The position numbers and the translations under genes are program-made. Below the pieces are notes generated by a model that made no database searches, was not told where the DNA came from, and saw nothing but the letters and a program-made list of their open reading frames with translations. Of a stretch of 64,000 nt of DNA, positions 22,918 to 38,094 are shown in pieces. Source of the stretch: Octopus sinensis (taxonomy: Eukaryota); NCBI RefSeq assembly GCF_006345805.1, contig NC_043002.1, positions 50,654,001 to 50,718,000 on the forward strand. The letters run 5' to 3'. Position 1 is the stretch's first letter. Each line of letters starts with the position of its first letter.

Positions 22918-24740
22918 CCCATCGCAGCGGCGTTCAGCATATATGATGAAAAAAACGACATTTCACTAGTAGGTAATAAGACAGTTTAAATAGGATACGA
23001 AGATGTGTTTTTGATCTCAAATTTAAGATATATGTAGAAGTGAAATCAAGAAGTCATGTTTATCTTAAGAATATTATTTCGTTTCTTCATACTGGGTTGA
23101 CTGTATTTTCTCGTATTGACAAAGGTTTGAGTATAATTTCATAAAGGTGCATGCAAATAAATGTTTGACTAATTCAATTTCCTTATAGTATACGATGAGT
23201 GTTCGTACTGATAATATCAAGAGGAGGGTTTGATTTAACAGCAATCATTTATTTACAGGAAGTAAAAATATATACAATGAATTTATCACAACATAATAGT
23301 GACAGGAAAAATTGCAGTACTTAGTATAATGAAGAAAAACGTATTTTTAAAGAATCTGTCGCGAGAATGATGACAGGAACATTTTTCTTTGCTAGTTCCT
23401 CAAAACTACTCTAAAAAGGTTAAGAAAAGCATGACATAAGGTCATAAAGGATGAACAATGCAAAGTAGAATTGCCAGAATGAGTGACCAGGTTCCGTGTG
23501 GCAACCGAGTGTCACTGAATAATTTCCCCAAAATTAGTTTTTTTTTATAACTACTGTAAACCCGACTCTAAGAACCTTTCTCCACGGTAAAGAATTTTTT
23601 CACGAAGATTAGAATCGATGTATGGACAGTAAAATTGACAAATGAAAAAGCATAAGAGATTTATAAACGAAAAGGCAGCCGACACGACTACAACGTCATG
23701 AAGCTGCTACTGATGCGACAATATATATATATATACCTATGTATATACATATATACATATTTACACATGCACACACAGACACGCACATATATTCATATAT
23801 GAACAAGAGGAGTGGAGTAAGTCTTTTTAGCTCATCAATTTACAGTTATTTCCTCCGAACTTGATCTCATCAATCGTGCTGTATTATGCAATGATATATT
23901 CAACTATTGATTCTTGAGATGTCATTGAAATGGCACATACCGTATCAGAATCATCAGAATTATGTATAAAATTCATTTGCTGAAGGAACATGAATTGAAT
24001 TATCAAGAATTTATGAATATATCGAGCTGGACGTGGTTTCATCATTACATTTGTATTACAAACAAAAACGAACCACACACTTGAATTAACCGATCAAGGA
24101 AGAAAAGTGAATTGAAATAGGGAAGAATAAAAGAGAAGCAGTAAGAATATTTTTGTATTCAGGTGCTGTAATAAATTATTGGCTTGTGAACATTTTGTAT
24201 ATCGGTTAAAAAGATTTTGTAACAGCTTTCTTCAATAATGTTTTAAATTATACCCATTCTATCAGCTATTTATATGTAAAAAAAAAAGGACTTATCAGGC
24301 ATATGTTTTATCGCCGAAAGGTTATCCGCTAAATAATAGGCACTCAACTAGACCCTGACTGGCGTAGGGTCAGGTGTCAGTTACTACAATATTCAGTGGT
24401 CACGGACACACAGACACACACACGCACGCACACGAACTATCTCACATATACGCACACACGCACGTACACACGCATGTACACACACATGTACACACACAGT
24501 GAAAGGCACGCACACGCACACTCACACATACACGCGCGCACACACACACAAAACACACGTTCTGAAGTATGTAGAAGACACTTATAAACATGCTTTGAAT
24601 AACTTATAAAGGCCACATTTTAACAAATTATGGCTGTTCTGTTTCCAAGCACATTTCTCTCCCAGCCTTGGTTCTCATTCCAACGGTTTCTAGCTGCTGA
24701 ACTGCTTCGTTATAGAGACGTAAACACATACACACACACA

Positions 24741-24870
24741 ACGGGCTTCTTTCAGATTCTGCCTGCCAAATCCACTCACAAGGCTTTGGTTGGTCCGTTG
24801 TGTCATGCAGTAGAATAAGACCAAAACCATGCCGTTGGGGGGCAAGATTCTTATCACACAACCACGCCTG
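24741..24870 (-). mobile_element. SINE family A 5' part
   Basis: CAAATCCACTCACAAGGCTTTGGT..CACACAACCACGCCTG is the reverse complement of the family head. Confidence 0.65.
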
Positions 24871-25539
24871 GAACTATACATAATTACTAATTGTTCCAAT
24901 CACCGTTTGAAACTCATTTTGAGATGATTTCGCAACAAATTTCACATCAGCATATTAGCAGTATATATATCTATCTATCATTAGAAAGATCTTCATTAGA
25001 GCAATACGAACTTTTATATTTTGGTGTCATTAATAAATACATCGAAGGGGTACCATTATATCTACATTTGTTTATTTGTGATAGAATATTTTATGAGTTT
25101 CAAGATATGATTGAATCAATTAGAATGAATGTTAGAATGAAGAATTTTTGAATAGTTCAGTATTGTGTATAAGCAAACAAAATTCTCCTTTAAGTATCTG
25201 AGTATATGAATTAATTTATTTGTTTTTATCTATTTAGTAAGTGCAAGGTGGCAAATAAGGCATTGGAAACATCTGCGTGTATGTCTTTTTTATCCTTCTC
25301 TATGATAAATCAGACGATCTTTGGATTACTTCCTCTGCTCGTGGATGAGCTTAATACCCGAATAAAATTACGCACACACACAAATATACACACACGCACG
25401 CACACACATACACACACATACGCACACACACATACACATAAAATATATATACCTATATGTATGTATGTATGTATTTATGTGCAGTTATATATATTTAGAT
25501 ATGTATGTACACACATATATGTATGTATCTATATATAGT

Positions 25540-25567
<28 letters not shown>

Positions 25568-25570
<3 letters not shown>

Positions 25571-27182
25571 TTGCGTCGGAAATTAATTAGCACTTCTCAA
25601 ATTTCTACATTTTCTTACATTTTCTTAATTTAATTAACTTATTATCAGAAACGAACTCGTTTATAATCAAAAATGTATTAAAACATATCCCAGCACACCA
25701 CATAATTGTTATTAATCGTGAAATTTAGTCAATATATTGTTGCTCCTCCTTTGGCAGCAATGACAGCTGCTACGCGGGTCGGCATGCTGTCTATGAGTGC
25801 CTGCAGGTACTGTGCAGGGATGGCCCCCCATGCAGCAAGAAGTGCCCCAAACAGCTTGTGTCGGTTCCTGTATTGCTGCACATTCAAATCCCTACCCAAT
25901 CGACTCCAGAGGTTCTCAATAGGGTTCAGGTCAGGTGACATACTCCTCGCCACCAAAGAGGTATCCCGTACTATCTCAACGTACTTTGCTGCGTTGATGT
26001 TGCCTTTGACGGCATAGAGCCGCCCAACACCGCTGTAGCTGAACGCCCCTCACACCATCAGACCACCCCCACCATGCTTCATGGTGAGAGCAATGCAGTC
26101 TTTGTTGAAGCGCTCACCCCTGCGGCCTCGCACATGGACAGGCTTGTCACTGACGAGACTGAATCGCGACTCGTCAGTGAACATCACTGTCCACCACTGC
26201 TGCACGGTCCATATCTTGTGGGCACGGGCCCAGAGCAGCCGCCTCTTCCAGTTTTGGGCTGTAATGAGCGGCTTATGGGCGGCCCTACAGGATTTTAGAC
26301 CAGCTTCCAGTAATCTGGTCTTGACGGTGGTTGTAGACAACTGCTTCCCTGTCATCTTTTGCATCTCCTCCGCCAGTTGCTGGCTCGTTGCCCTTCGGTT
26401 GTACAGCGACTTTCGGATCAGCATCCGGTCCTCCCGCTGGGTCGTCAGCCTCTTCCGTCCCCTACCCTTTTTGTCAGCTGCTGATCCGGTTTCATCGTAT
26501 TTCTTAAATAAGCACTGAATTGTGCGCCTGGCTACACCAAGTTTTCTGGCTATTGCAGCCTCCGACAGCTTCCCACGCCACGAGAGAGCCTCGTACCGTC
26601 TCTCCAAGGTCATGCGAGGTCTTGGGCCCATCTAGGAATGAACGATAAAAACCAGTTATTTTCATTAAAACTATTCATTTGAATAATGTTATGCTATAAC
26701 AAAACTGCTATGAGTTATTATTCATTAAACAAAAAAGAAAGAAAGCAGAATTTCTCACCTTATTTGATGTATAACAGAAAGTTTTGTGAACCAGAAGTGA
26801 CGTCATCAAGCAGAGTGTAGGAGAATTTGCGAGGAAAAAAATCTTGCAAATACACAAATCAATTAACCTACGAGCTGTTCAAAACGTCTTACGCGATGAG
26901 AAAACTTAGTACGGTGTGATTTCGGTCCTTGCGAGGCGCTACCTATATCTATTAAACAAAGGAAGATTTGTCTGCATCCGCACTCCAAGTTGTTGTTGCA
27001 CTGCTATGTCAACATCATTAGGCTGTAGACTCTCAAACTGCTCTGCAAACAAAGTTACGTCATCGTTCTGCGCAACAGTGAACTCACAACAAAGCAATAG
27101 TTCGAGATATGGCCACTAGGTGACAGCAAATACCTTGAGTGAAGAGAAAATCAAGGGTGCTAATTAATTTCTGACGGTAGTG
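25568..27182 (-). mobile_element. Tc1-like transposon, full-length ends, inactive
   Basis: 26-bp TIRs CACTTGCGTCGGAAATTAATTAGCAC / reverse complement CACTACCGTCAGAAATTAATTAGCAC (3 mismatches); TA on both sides within (TA)n. Confidence 0.92.
25729..26631 (-). pseudogene. Tc1 transposase pseudogene
   Basis: HTH, GRGRKR, FTDESRF, KHGGGGLMV then TGA in place of W at 26050-26052. Continues in frame as GAFSYSGVG..SPDLNPIENLW, but the second catalytic D segment (QQDNA..WP) is deleted. Confidence 0.9.
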
Positions 27183-27339
27183 TATATATATATATATATA
27201 TATCTGTGTGTGTGTATACATATATGTATGTATATATATATATATGTATATATGTGTGTGTGTGTGTGTGTGTCTGTGTGTATATAGATATATATGTATG
27301 TGTGTGCATATATGTATTGATAGATAGATTGATAGATAA

Positions 27340-27377
<38 letters not shown>

Positions 27378-28543
27378 GGACATATAATGTTGGTTTCCTT
27401 CGTATCTTGTCATTGTGATGTACCTACTGTCTTGAGTGCTTGCAATTAAAAAAAGACTTCATCATCATCATCATCATCATCATCTCGACAGCAGCAACAG
27501 CAACATCGTTATCATCATCATCGTCAAGTATGTTCATCTGTGTCGATCCTACATAATTATACATCGCTCAATGCGTTTAGGATTTTCAAATCATTTCCAC
27601 AATATATAACTAGGCAATAAATATTAAAAGTCTTCATCATAAATCTGACATATGCACCCTTAGCATCTCAGGGTGGTCTTGACAAAATTCTCCCTGCAGC
27701 TACCGATATGTTCTACATCATTAATTCACGTTGTTGTTGCTGTTGTTATTGACGTTGCTTTTATTGTTGTCATCGTCATATTATTTTCTTTTGTTTTAAC
27801 ATGTCAATAAAGTAATTGAAAATACATATATTCGCAGACTCAATTCTATATCACTCACTGGCACACACACACACAACACACACACACACGCAAGCAAAAG
27901 CTCACTGAGACAAAGATTTAGGCACATACATATACACAAACGTACGCAGATATATACAGATGTAAAATACCTTACAGACAGATCATTTCAAATGCTATCA
28001 CACACACACAGAGCCACACACACACGCACATACACACAGACACACACACAACTCATTCATAGACAAGCGTATTCATCCCGAATACAATAGCCAATCTAAT
28101 TAAATTAAATGGATCGATAGATAGATGGATATGTAGATAAGTCAAAGATGGATGGACAGAAGTGGCAAAATAATAGTGACAGCCACTGTTATGTTCACTG
28201 GGAGAAGTACAGAATCATGGAATCAGTGATAAGTATCGAGATTGATGGGGATGTAAATAAGTATTGACAGCTGTATTTATACATCGTATACAAAAGTTAT
28301 ACGTACATTTATTGCGGTTCTCTCTCTTTCTCTCCTTCTTTCTCCCCATCTCTCCATAAATATTTTATATATATATATACGCATATATGCATGTGTGACT
28401 GTATACATATATGGATACGCACGTACATGTGTACACACGCACACATGCTCGTACACAGTGTATGTATATATATATATGTGTGTGTATGTATGTATATGTA
28501 TGTATGTATGTACATATATATATATATGTATATGTATGTATGT

Positions 28544-28603
<60 letters not shown>

Positions 28604-29953
28604 ATAATAGTACTAATAATTTTTAGCAGAAAACATGATATGGTATTCAATGCTGAATAAAACACACACGCGTTTCAACAAAATACCATAATGATTATAT
28701 AACAGTTGTAGAAAATTTATGAAAACGTGCACGTTTTAGATTACTAATTTGCATAAATGCAAAAAAAGTGAGCCAAAAGAAATTACTTAGGGTGGCCAGT
28801 GCTTGTATTTGAACAACATACATAAACACACATATATCAAACACCATAGAACATAAATTCTCGGTTTATTGAACTTATCTGCGCCTCTAGAGGATGTGTT
28901 TTAATTACCAAATGGCAACTACAACTATTTCTATATAAGAAGGGAAGATATTATCAAGAATAAAGAATAAATACTTATCCCCAGTAGTCAAAGGATAAAG
29001 CCAATCTGAATTATTTATGCTAGGTTATTTGTGCTTAAACTATCTAAGTCATAAATGGGTTCGACTCTTTCGTATGAGTCTAATTTGGACGATTGACGCG
29101 CTGATAACAGCTATTGAGCCAGAAACACGTGTTCCGATTGTCTCCCTTCTCCCACCGAATATGCCAGACCTTTTCCTTTATAGCATATCATTTACGGAAA
29201 ATTCTTTTTATTAAAGATAATTTTCTCTTCTCCAGTGAAGCAACTGCCACTTGGTACTTGAGACGCATCCTCTCGGTGTCGGGATAACTTTAATAACTCA
29301 AGAATATCATTTTTATCTGGTATTTGATATACCTTCATTTGTCTTTCTCTATACACACACTCACAAACTCGCACACGCACACTTACGTGTGCATGTATGT
29401 ATGTATGTGTGTGTGTATGTATGTATGTATGTATGTATGTATGTATGCATGTGTCTATGTCTGTATATACACGCGTCAAGCGAACATATCTCGTCAGGCT
29501 TTTTGAGATTGAAGTATAAATCGGAGAGTTTTTAGATGCTGCGCTACTATTGTTCAACGCAGTTCACGTGGTAGTATAAATATGGATGGTATATCAAATT
29601 AAATCCTTATTCCTGGGACGACGTGCTAAAACAGGATGTTGGTGAGTAGCTAATACCCCTCTTTCTCTGGGAAATGGAGTATGCCCTATTAGCTACATGA
29701 GTTAGATGATACATATATTTGAATCGAATATATGAGTGTGTGTATCTCTTGTGTGTGTATCTGTGCATGTGTATACATGTGTCTGGTACGTATTGATCTG
29801 CTACATACGCCTTCATTTGTCTGTTGAAAGATTGGGATGATTGGTGGAGTATGTGTGATTCTGGTGTATATGTGTATACGTAGTGTGTGTGGGGGGACAT
29901 AGCTTTGTTGCATAAATGTTACATGCATATCTGCTATGTGTGTGTGTGTGTGT

Positions 29954-30041
29954 ATCTGGTGTGGATACATATCTCATCTGGTGTGGATACATATCTCATC
30001 TGGTGTGGATACATATCTCATCTGGTGTGGATACATATCTC
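29954..30041. repeat. 22-bp minisatellite, 4 identical copies
   Basis: (ATCTGGTGTGGATACATATCTC)x4. Confidence 0.95.
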
Positions 30042-30079
30042 ATGTATGTTTGGTGTGTGTGAAGAGGGGCAGAAGGAGT

Positions 30080-30330
30080 AAGGTAATCTAGTTCAACACC
30101 CCATTTAACCTAGGAGTTTCAAACAACATAGGTAGGAATTTCCTGACGTTTATCAAAATACATTTCGCGAGACGATATAAGGATTACAAACTTTTCAACT
30201 CCCATAACGTTAAGGTCAGTTACTCCCTGATATTGCACCTAACATCGCACACTACAATAGGCACAATCACACACCTAAACATCCACAAACCTGCACCCCA
30301 TTCCAAGATTATACCAACAGCCTATTTGGA
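30080..30330 (+). mobile_element. Penelope-like element remnant (RT-endonuclease linker region)
   Basis: VI*FNTPFNLGVSNNIGRNFLTFIKIHF..YKLFNSHNVKVSYS matches the PLE IIWFNPP..NIG..FL..I..HF..KIFN...VK.SYS pattern. Confidence 0.7.
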
Positions 30331-30676
30331 GGGTCCTGTCTCTCAAGGGCTATGATCAACAGAACCTCCCTCACAATGAGCAACGAAATCACTTACTACT
30401 CAGGCATTTAATGACTAATGAAGAAGGTATACTATATATATATATATATATATATATACTCCTTCAAATGAAGGGAGAGGGAAAATCCATCCCCTTGCCC
30501 CGCTTTATCACGAGACCAATCGCCGCACAACTTCTAGAAATCAGCTTGGATTTTTCTCATTCGGTCTCAACAAACCTGACAAGATGGGGCCGTTTGAAAA
30601 GAATACGAAATTTTAAGTTCCATGGTAGGTGACTCTTACCAAAGGTGTTGAATGCTGCTTCTTTTTGTCCCCTCAC

Positions 30677-30708
<32 letters not shown>

Positions 30709-30920
30709 TGTATGTATGTATGTATGTATGTATGTATGTATACGCGCGGATTTCATGTTTTGTTATATGTATATTTTCTCATGTATATACTTGTATATCT
30801 AGAATGCCCATATATACTTAAATGATAAGCTACTGGAAAGTTTTACAGATTTTTACAGTTCCATTGATGGCTTGGATCTGTAGTGCTCGAATCAGCTTTC
30901 TCCTGGTTTTCAGAAGCCTA

Positions 30921-30951
<31 letters not shown>

Positions 30952-31203
30952 ATGTCTGTCTGTCTGTCGGTAAGTATGTATATGTGTGAGTGTGAATGTA
31001 TGTCTCTAGTGTGTGCGCGCGTACGTAGGAAAGCATTTAATGGCTTCTGTATAAAATGTGTTAATATTGTGTGAATATTTGATTCTTGTTAAATCTGAAT
31101 GGAAAATAATTACACAATAAAGCGATAAATCTGCACGTGTATTGATTTCGTGTATCAATTAAACGTATATACATACATAGACAAACACACATACATTAAT
31201 ATA

Positions 31204-31253
<50 letters not shown>

Positions 31254-31766
31254 TGTATGTATGTGTGTATATATGTATATATAAACATATTATCACACAC
31301 ACACACACGCACACACACACACACCACACACACCACACACACGCACATATATATATATATAAAACATGTTTTGCTTGAAGAACATCTGTATAAGTGCGTA
31401 TATTTAAGCTTGTGTCTACGTACTCTGTCTTTATATCTCTGTCTGTCTGCCTGTCTCTCTCTCTCTCAATCTCTGTCTCTGTCTGCCTGTCTCTTTCTCT
31501 GTCTTTCTCTCTCTCTCTCTCTCATTCTCTCTCTCTCTCATTCTCTCTCTCTCTCATTCTCTCTCTCTCATTCTCTCTCTCTCTCTCACACACATTACAC
31601 ACAAAGAAATATTTTAAACGTTCCGAATTTGATTTTGTTTGATATTTGACATGTTCATTTCATTAATTTCTTTTTTTGGCTTGTCTCCTACTGTCATTCT
31701 CGAAATTAGGGTGTATGTGTACATATACGTGCCTGCGTGCATCTCTACTTGTGTATATATGTATGC

Positions 31767-31799
<33 letters not shown>

Positions 31800-32217
31800 T
31801 GTATGTATGTATGTATGTATGTATGTGTATGTACGTTTATATATGTTTGGCAGACCCCTCTGTTCGCCTATGTGAATGTCTTTATTGATTTTCAAATCTG
31901 TGTGTGAGTGAATGTTTGTATGATTCATTATGTGTGTGTATGTCTTCTGTGTTCTTATGTGTACTTTACAAAATCAAAATATCTGTATACTAAATATTAT
32001 CCATTAATTATCTGAAATACCAATAGTCATGAATGTGCATCAATAAACAATACACACATAAACACACACAGATACATACATACATACATACATACATACA
32101 TACATACATAAACACACACAGATGCATACATACATACATACATACATACATACATACATACATACACATTTATATTCACTCATTCAGGAACGTGTATATA
32201 TGTATGCATGTATATGA

Positions 32218-32346
<129 letters not shown>

Positions 32347-32954
32347 TAGGTATAGTTAGATAGATGTGTGTATGTGTGTGTATGTGTGAGTGTGTGTGTA
32401 TGTTTGTGTACACGAATCTGTGTGAATGTAAATGCGCTTGTGAGCATATATATGTAGATCAGATACATTATATACACGTATGTTTTAAATATATATGTAC
32501 GTATAAATATATTCTCAAACTCATACACACACATCGCCAGACACACACACACCACACACATATATATATATATATATATATACACGCGTGCATAGATACA
32601 TACACACTCATATTTGTCTACATATTGATAATCATCTGTGAAATCACAGGTATGGATGTAATGTTTCACATTACTCGCATACACGCACGCACGCACACGC
32701 ACACACTCACACACACACATATATATATGTATATATATACGTGTGTGTGTATACATATTTACATGCCATATCTATTTACACACTATATATTATATGTATA
32801 CATGTATTCATATACATACATATACACATAAATGCACACATATTTATATATATGCATATATATACGTATTAGCATATATATAGTTGTGTGTTTATATATA
32901 TAGGTATGCATATCTATCTTTCTTTCTATCTATCTATCTATATCTATCTATCTA

Positions 32955-33006
<52 letters not shown>

Positions 33007-33021
33007 GTCTGTCTGTCTGTA

Positions 33022-33058
<37 letters not shown>

Positions 33059-33105
33059 GACTGACTGTCTGTCTGTCTGTCTGTCTATTTATCTATCTAT
33101 CTATC

Positions 33106-33150
<45 letters not shown>

Positions 33151-33803
33151 ACTATCTATCTGTCTGTCTGTCTATCTATCTATCTAATCTATCTATCTAT
33201 CTATCTATCTATCTATATGTACTTGTCTTTAGATGTCATCATATTTGTGTATGTGTCCATATGTACGTTTATCCATGGTGGAATGTGAGTATAAGTGAGG
33301 GCGAGTGTGTGTCTGTGTGCGTGTGTATAAATACATGCTCGTATCTACATGTGAAATATCACTCATTTCAATGCTGTAACGTCTTGTGAAGATGAAATGA
33401 CGAGAAGAACCACGAAAAGCTGTCAAGTTCCACCTTTAGGCTATTCATCAAGATGGCAACGACAATTACAATAACAAAAACATCAACAACCATTGCCATA
33501 GTAAAAATGAAATACTAAAATTAAATGAATCATGTCAATTAATATGTGTGTGTATATAATTCATACAAATATATGTATGTACGTACACATATATGCATGT
33601 ATGTATGTGTGTATATATATATATATATTTATATATGTAATATATATATATGTATGTATATTTATATATAGATTTATATCTATATATACATATATACAAG
33701 AATATATCTTTGTATATACATTTATATGTATGTATATATATTTATATGAATTTAAGTGCATATATATTTATATAATTGTACACGTCTATATATATACCTA
33801 TAT

Positions 33804-33834
<31 letters not shown>

Positions 33835-34209
33835 ATATAATATAAATGCATATATATGAATGCTTATATTACACACACCATATATGTATATATACATATA
33901 TAACATACATATATGTATACATATTTTACACACATATACGCATATATATATATATATCTTTATATATATATAATATATATATATATATATAGCTATATGG
34001 ACAACATAGAGGGTAAGAATAGAGGGAACGACTGAGGGGGAAGATGGAGGACTTAACAGATAAAATATTGAAAGGAAATTCTAAAAAATAACAAAATTCT
34101 TTTTGAACAATTCCAAGTCCACCTCTCCCATCCAAAATCAAAATTAAGAATTTTTTTTCTCAAATACATATACAGACGCACATACATTTATATGCACGTA
34201 TGTATGTAA

Positions 34210-34268
<59 letters not shown>

Positions 34269-34547
34269 TATATATATACACATATATATACATACACACA
34301 TATATATATAGATATACGTATATATATATATATACATATATATACAAGCATACACAAACAAAATCATACATGCATACATGCATACATATATATATATATA
34401 CATTCATACATTAACTCAGATGTACATAATCTTCATGTATTTAGATTTGTATTCAAATGTGTAAAATTGTTTATGTATATGTACAAACACATATCTATGA
34501 ATATGTAGATAATTATATCTACAGACATATACATACATACATACATA

Positions 34548-34588
<41 letters not shown>

Positions 34589-35160
34589 TTACACTCACAC
34601 GCACATACCCACGCACGCACGCACACATACATATTCGCACACATTCAATTACTTATACATTCACACGTTGATCTTCATAAGCACACCTAGTGTCTGAAGC
34701 AGGCACAAATATGCACAGCCAGCCAGGCCGACAGATAGGTTGACAATCAGATATTCATTCAGATAGGATGTTAAGTCATCTGAAGGGCACGAAATTGGTG
34801 CTGTGACAATGTGTGAATCGACATGTCATTTCCTGCTGCCATCATGATTTGACAGTCTTTGAAACGGTAGGCATATCATTGCCTTTTTACTTCGTTCTTT
34901 GTTTAATTGGTGTTTGCCATTAAATTTGTGCGTGCGTGAATGTGTACGTGTGCGTGTGAGCGTGCGTGTGGTATGTGTGTGTGTGCATGTGCGTGTGTAT
35001 ATACATACATACATAGATAAATACACATAAACACACGTACATACATACGCACATACATGCGTGCATACATACATGTATGCATGCAGTCATACAAACACAC
35101 CTCCATGTTCATATGTATGTATATATACATAAATACACACTCACACACACATATATATAC

Positions 35161-35193
<33 letters not shown>

Positions 35194-36039
35194 CACATAT
35201 ATACATGCATACATATATACACACATATATGTACATATACACCCCGTATTTTATATATACATACATTGATATATGTATACATGTATATACACACACACTC
35301 ACATATATATGTATGTTTAAATCTGTATAAGTATATATATATATGTCCCTTACGTGAAAATCTATATATATATATATATATATATATACAGTTTTCTGTC
35401 TTATAAACCTATGATTCCTTCAGTCATATTTTCATATATGAAACAGTTGTAAACAATCTTCGTAGTAGTAGTAGTGGTAGTAGTGGTGGTGATGATGGTG
35501 GTGGTCGTTCTGATCGAGGTGATTGTGGTGGTCTTGTTCATGGTGATGGTTGTGGCTGTGCTGAAGGAGGTTATAGTAGCGGTGATGGAAAAATGCTTTT
35601 CCGAATAAAGTTTAAAGTTTACGATATTGTGAGCGCATCCAGCATGGAGAGGATCAGTTTTATTATTTGCATATCAAGTTATGATAATGATATTTAGAGT
35701 ATTAAGAAGTAAAAATGGGAAGTGCAGGAGGAGGAAGAAGAAGGAGAAAACGATGATGATGATGTTGATGATGATGATGACGGTGATGATGATGAAGATG
35801 CTGATAATGAAGATGAATGAAGGTGAAGCAGAAAATCATTAAACAGCATCCAAATTAGTTCGAAGTGTATATGCTTATATATATATATATATATATATTA
35901 AGGAAATTAAACATTTTAGAATAGTTCATGAGCGTATACGAGAGTGTCACTTCCTACTGTCCTATTGAGTACACTGCGCAGCAAGTTCGCGCCACTGGTG
36001 TCTGTTGATTGCGGTTTTTTTTTCTGCATCCTGGCCCTT

Positions 36040-36720
36040 TAGTTTCAGTGTCATTTAGTTTTGGTTTACCTTCATTTTCATATTGCCGTCGTGCAATTGA
36101 AATCCATTTTGAATGGTGTTGTTCGTTCTAGCAACCGTAATATACGATCTGCGTATTTCAAGTTTCTTTGTATATTGATTTCGCATGTATCGTCTCTCTT
36201 TTAGAAAGCCTTCGTTGGTTACATGGTCTTGCCAATACGTTCCATCTCCGACATCTTTGAACGAAAACATCTAGCTTTGTATCTATTTTCACGGTGCTCT
36301 CCTATGTCTCACTAGCATGGAAAACTCTGCCGTCAGAGAGCCATCTTCGTGTGTAAGCTGATGGCTGTTGGAGGACCACAGAGTGCACATTCTCTGAAAT
36401 ACAGCCGCAGCTTTGCCGATTTCATGTTTATGTTAGACACAATTTAACACTGTTACTGATGATGCTACCCAGATAATTTTGCTGGTTGATCTTTAGGATT
36501 TTTGTTGCTTGATAGTCATCTGTAGTATTCATTATATTAGTTTTCACACTGATTCTTAGCCTAATCTTCACAACATTTTATTCTAGTTCTGCTGTGAGCC
36601 ATTCAAGGCTATTATTATCTAGAGAGCAAGACAATGGCATCGGCAAAGTTCAGATATTGAAAAACATATGCGTTAGTGCACGCAATGCTCCTTAGGGACT
36701 CTCTGTAGATACTATCAGAT
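36040..36720 (-). mobile_element. degraded RTE-clade LINE RT fragment
   Basis: Minus strand fragments LNFADAIVLLS, YLGSIIS, IGKAAAVFQR and WQDHVTNE; many stops. Confidence 0.65.
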
Positions 36721-36781
36721 ACCTTTTGAAAGTTTATAATAATCATCTTCAATGGTCTTTGATTCACAATACACTGCTGAA

Positions 36782-36867
<86 letters not shown>

Positions 36868-36899
36868 CTATCTATCTATCTATCTATATCTATCATCTA

Positions 36900-36931
<32 letters not shown>

Positions 36932-36967
36932 ACTCTCTCTCTCTCTCTCTCTCTTTCTATCTATCTA

Positions 36968-36998
<31 letters not shown>

Positions 36999-37352
36999 AT
37001 CTATCTGTATATAAATATACGCATATCATATATACGTTTGTACATACAACAACAACAAAATATTAAATGCTGTAATGTAGTATCGGGTAGTGGCTCTCAT
37101 AGCTTCTTAATTGATTAGAAATATTATAATGTACACTGATTTGTCTTGGTATAAAATATGAACTATAACAAATATTCTACTCAATACGACTGATTTGCTT
37201 GTCAGTTGTTTGACCATATATATTGATAATAATACTAATATTGTCAATAGGGTTTTAAACCCCTGTAACAATGATAATAATCGTGGGTATGTGGGCATCC
37301 AGAACAATAGAACTAATAATATATATATGGTAATGACACTATAATTGATAGA

Positions 37353-37441
<89 letters not shown>

Positions 37442-37469
37442 TAATAATAATAGCAATATCTCCAGCTGC

Positions 37470-37900
37470 AGTTGTAGGGTAAAATTCCAATGCCCGTTAT
37501 TAGACCGTTGTTTAGCCAAAATTGTTGTTTACAAATGTACAGCTTTGATTGAAACCAGTAAATTCATTTATTTCGGGTGCTCAATAAATACGAAGAAGCG
37601 CCTTAATAACCATCTTTCATCTTTTAGACTTAGACATAATGCTAATAATACTTCTATATCTAGTAAAAACTGGAAACTTAAGGAGAGAAACAGGAGATTT
37701 AGCCGTAAATGGAAAATAGTACGGAGAGCGCAGCATATAAAGATAGCAGATATGGCTGCCACCTTTGTTCTATGGAAATTTATGAAATTTTTAAGTATAG
37801 AGAAAAGAATAACCTAATTCACAATAGATTAGAAATTAGGGTATCCTATGTGTATCGCATCACCCGTAGATTTAGATATTTTCGAAACAATATCATAATC
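37470..37900 (+). mobile_element. Penelope-like GIY-YIG endonuclease remnant
   Basis: CPLLDRCLAKIVVYKC..IYFGCS..KKRLNNHLSSFR..TSIS..WKLK..KWKIV..CHLCSMEIYEI, with a frameshift. Confidence 0.8.
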
Positions 37901-38094
37901 ATCATACTATGATTTGGTGGTAGAAAATACCTGGGATGGCATATCTTTCATAACATACCCTCAAGTGTAGTAAATTATATGTTGTATATAATATTGCCCT
38001 CTTATAACCCCTAGTCTGCATTCATCCTATACCTCGATTACACTGTTTTTCCTTCAGCTCTATGACTTTCTCCCCTGTCAGTAATGATAAGTAT

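Noticed and set aside
29954-30041. Four identical 22-bp repeats resembling a CRISPR array
   Set aside because: No spacers between repeats, eukaryotic context and no cas genes; this is a minisatellite.
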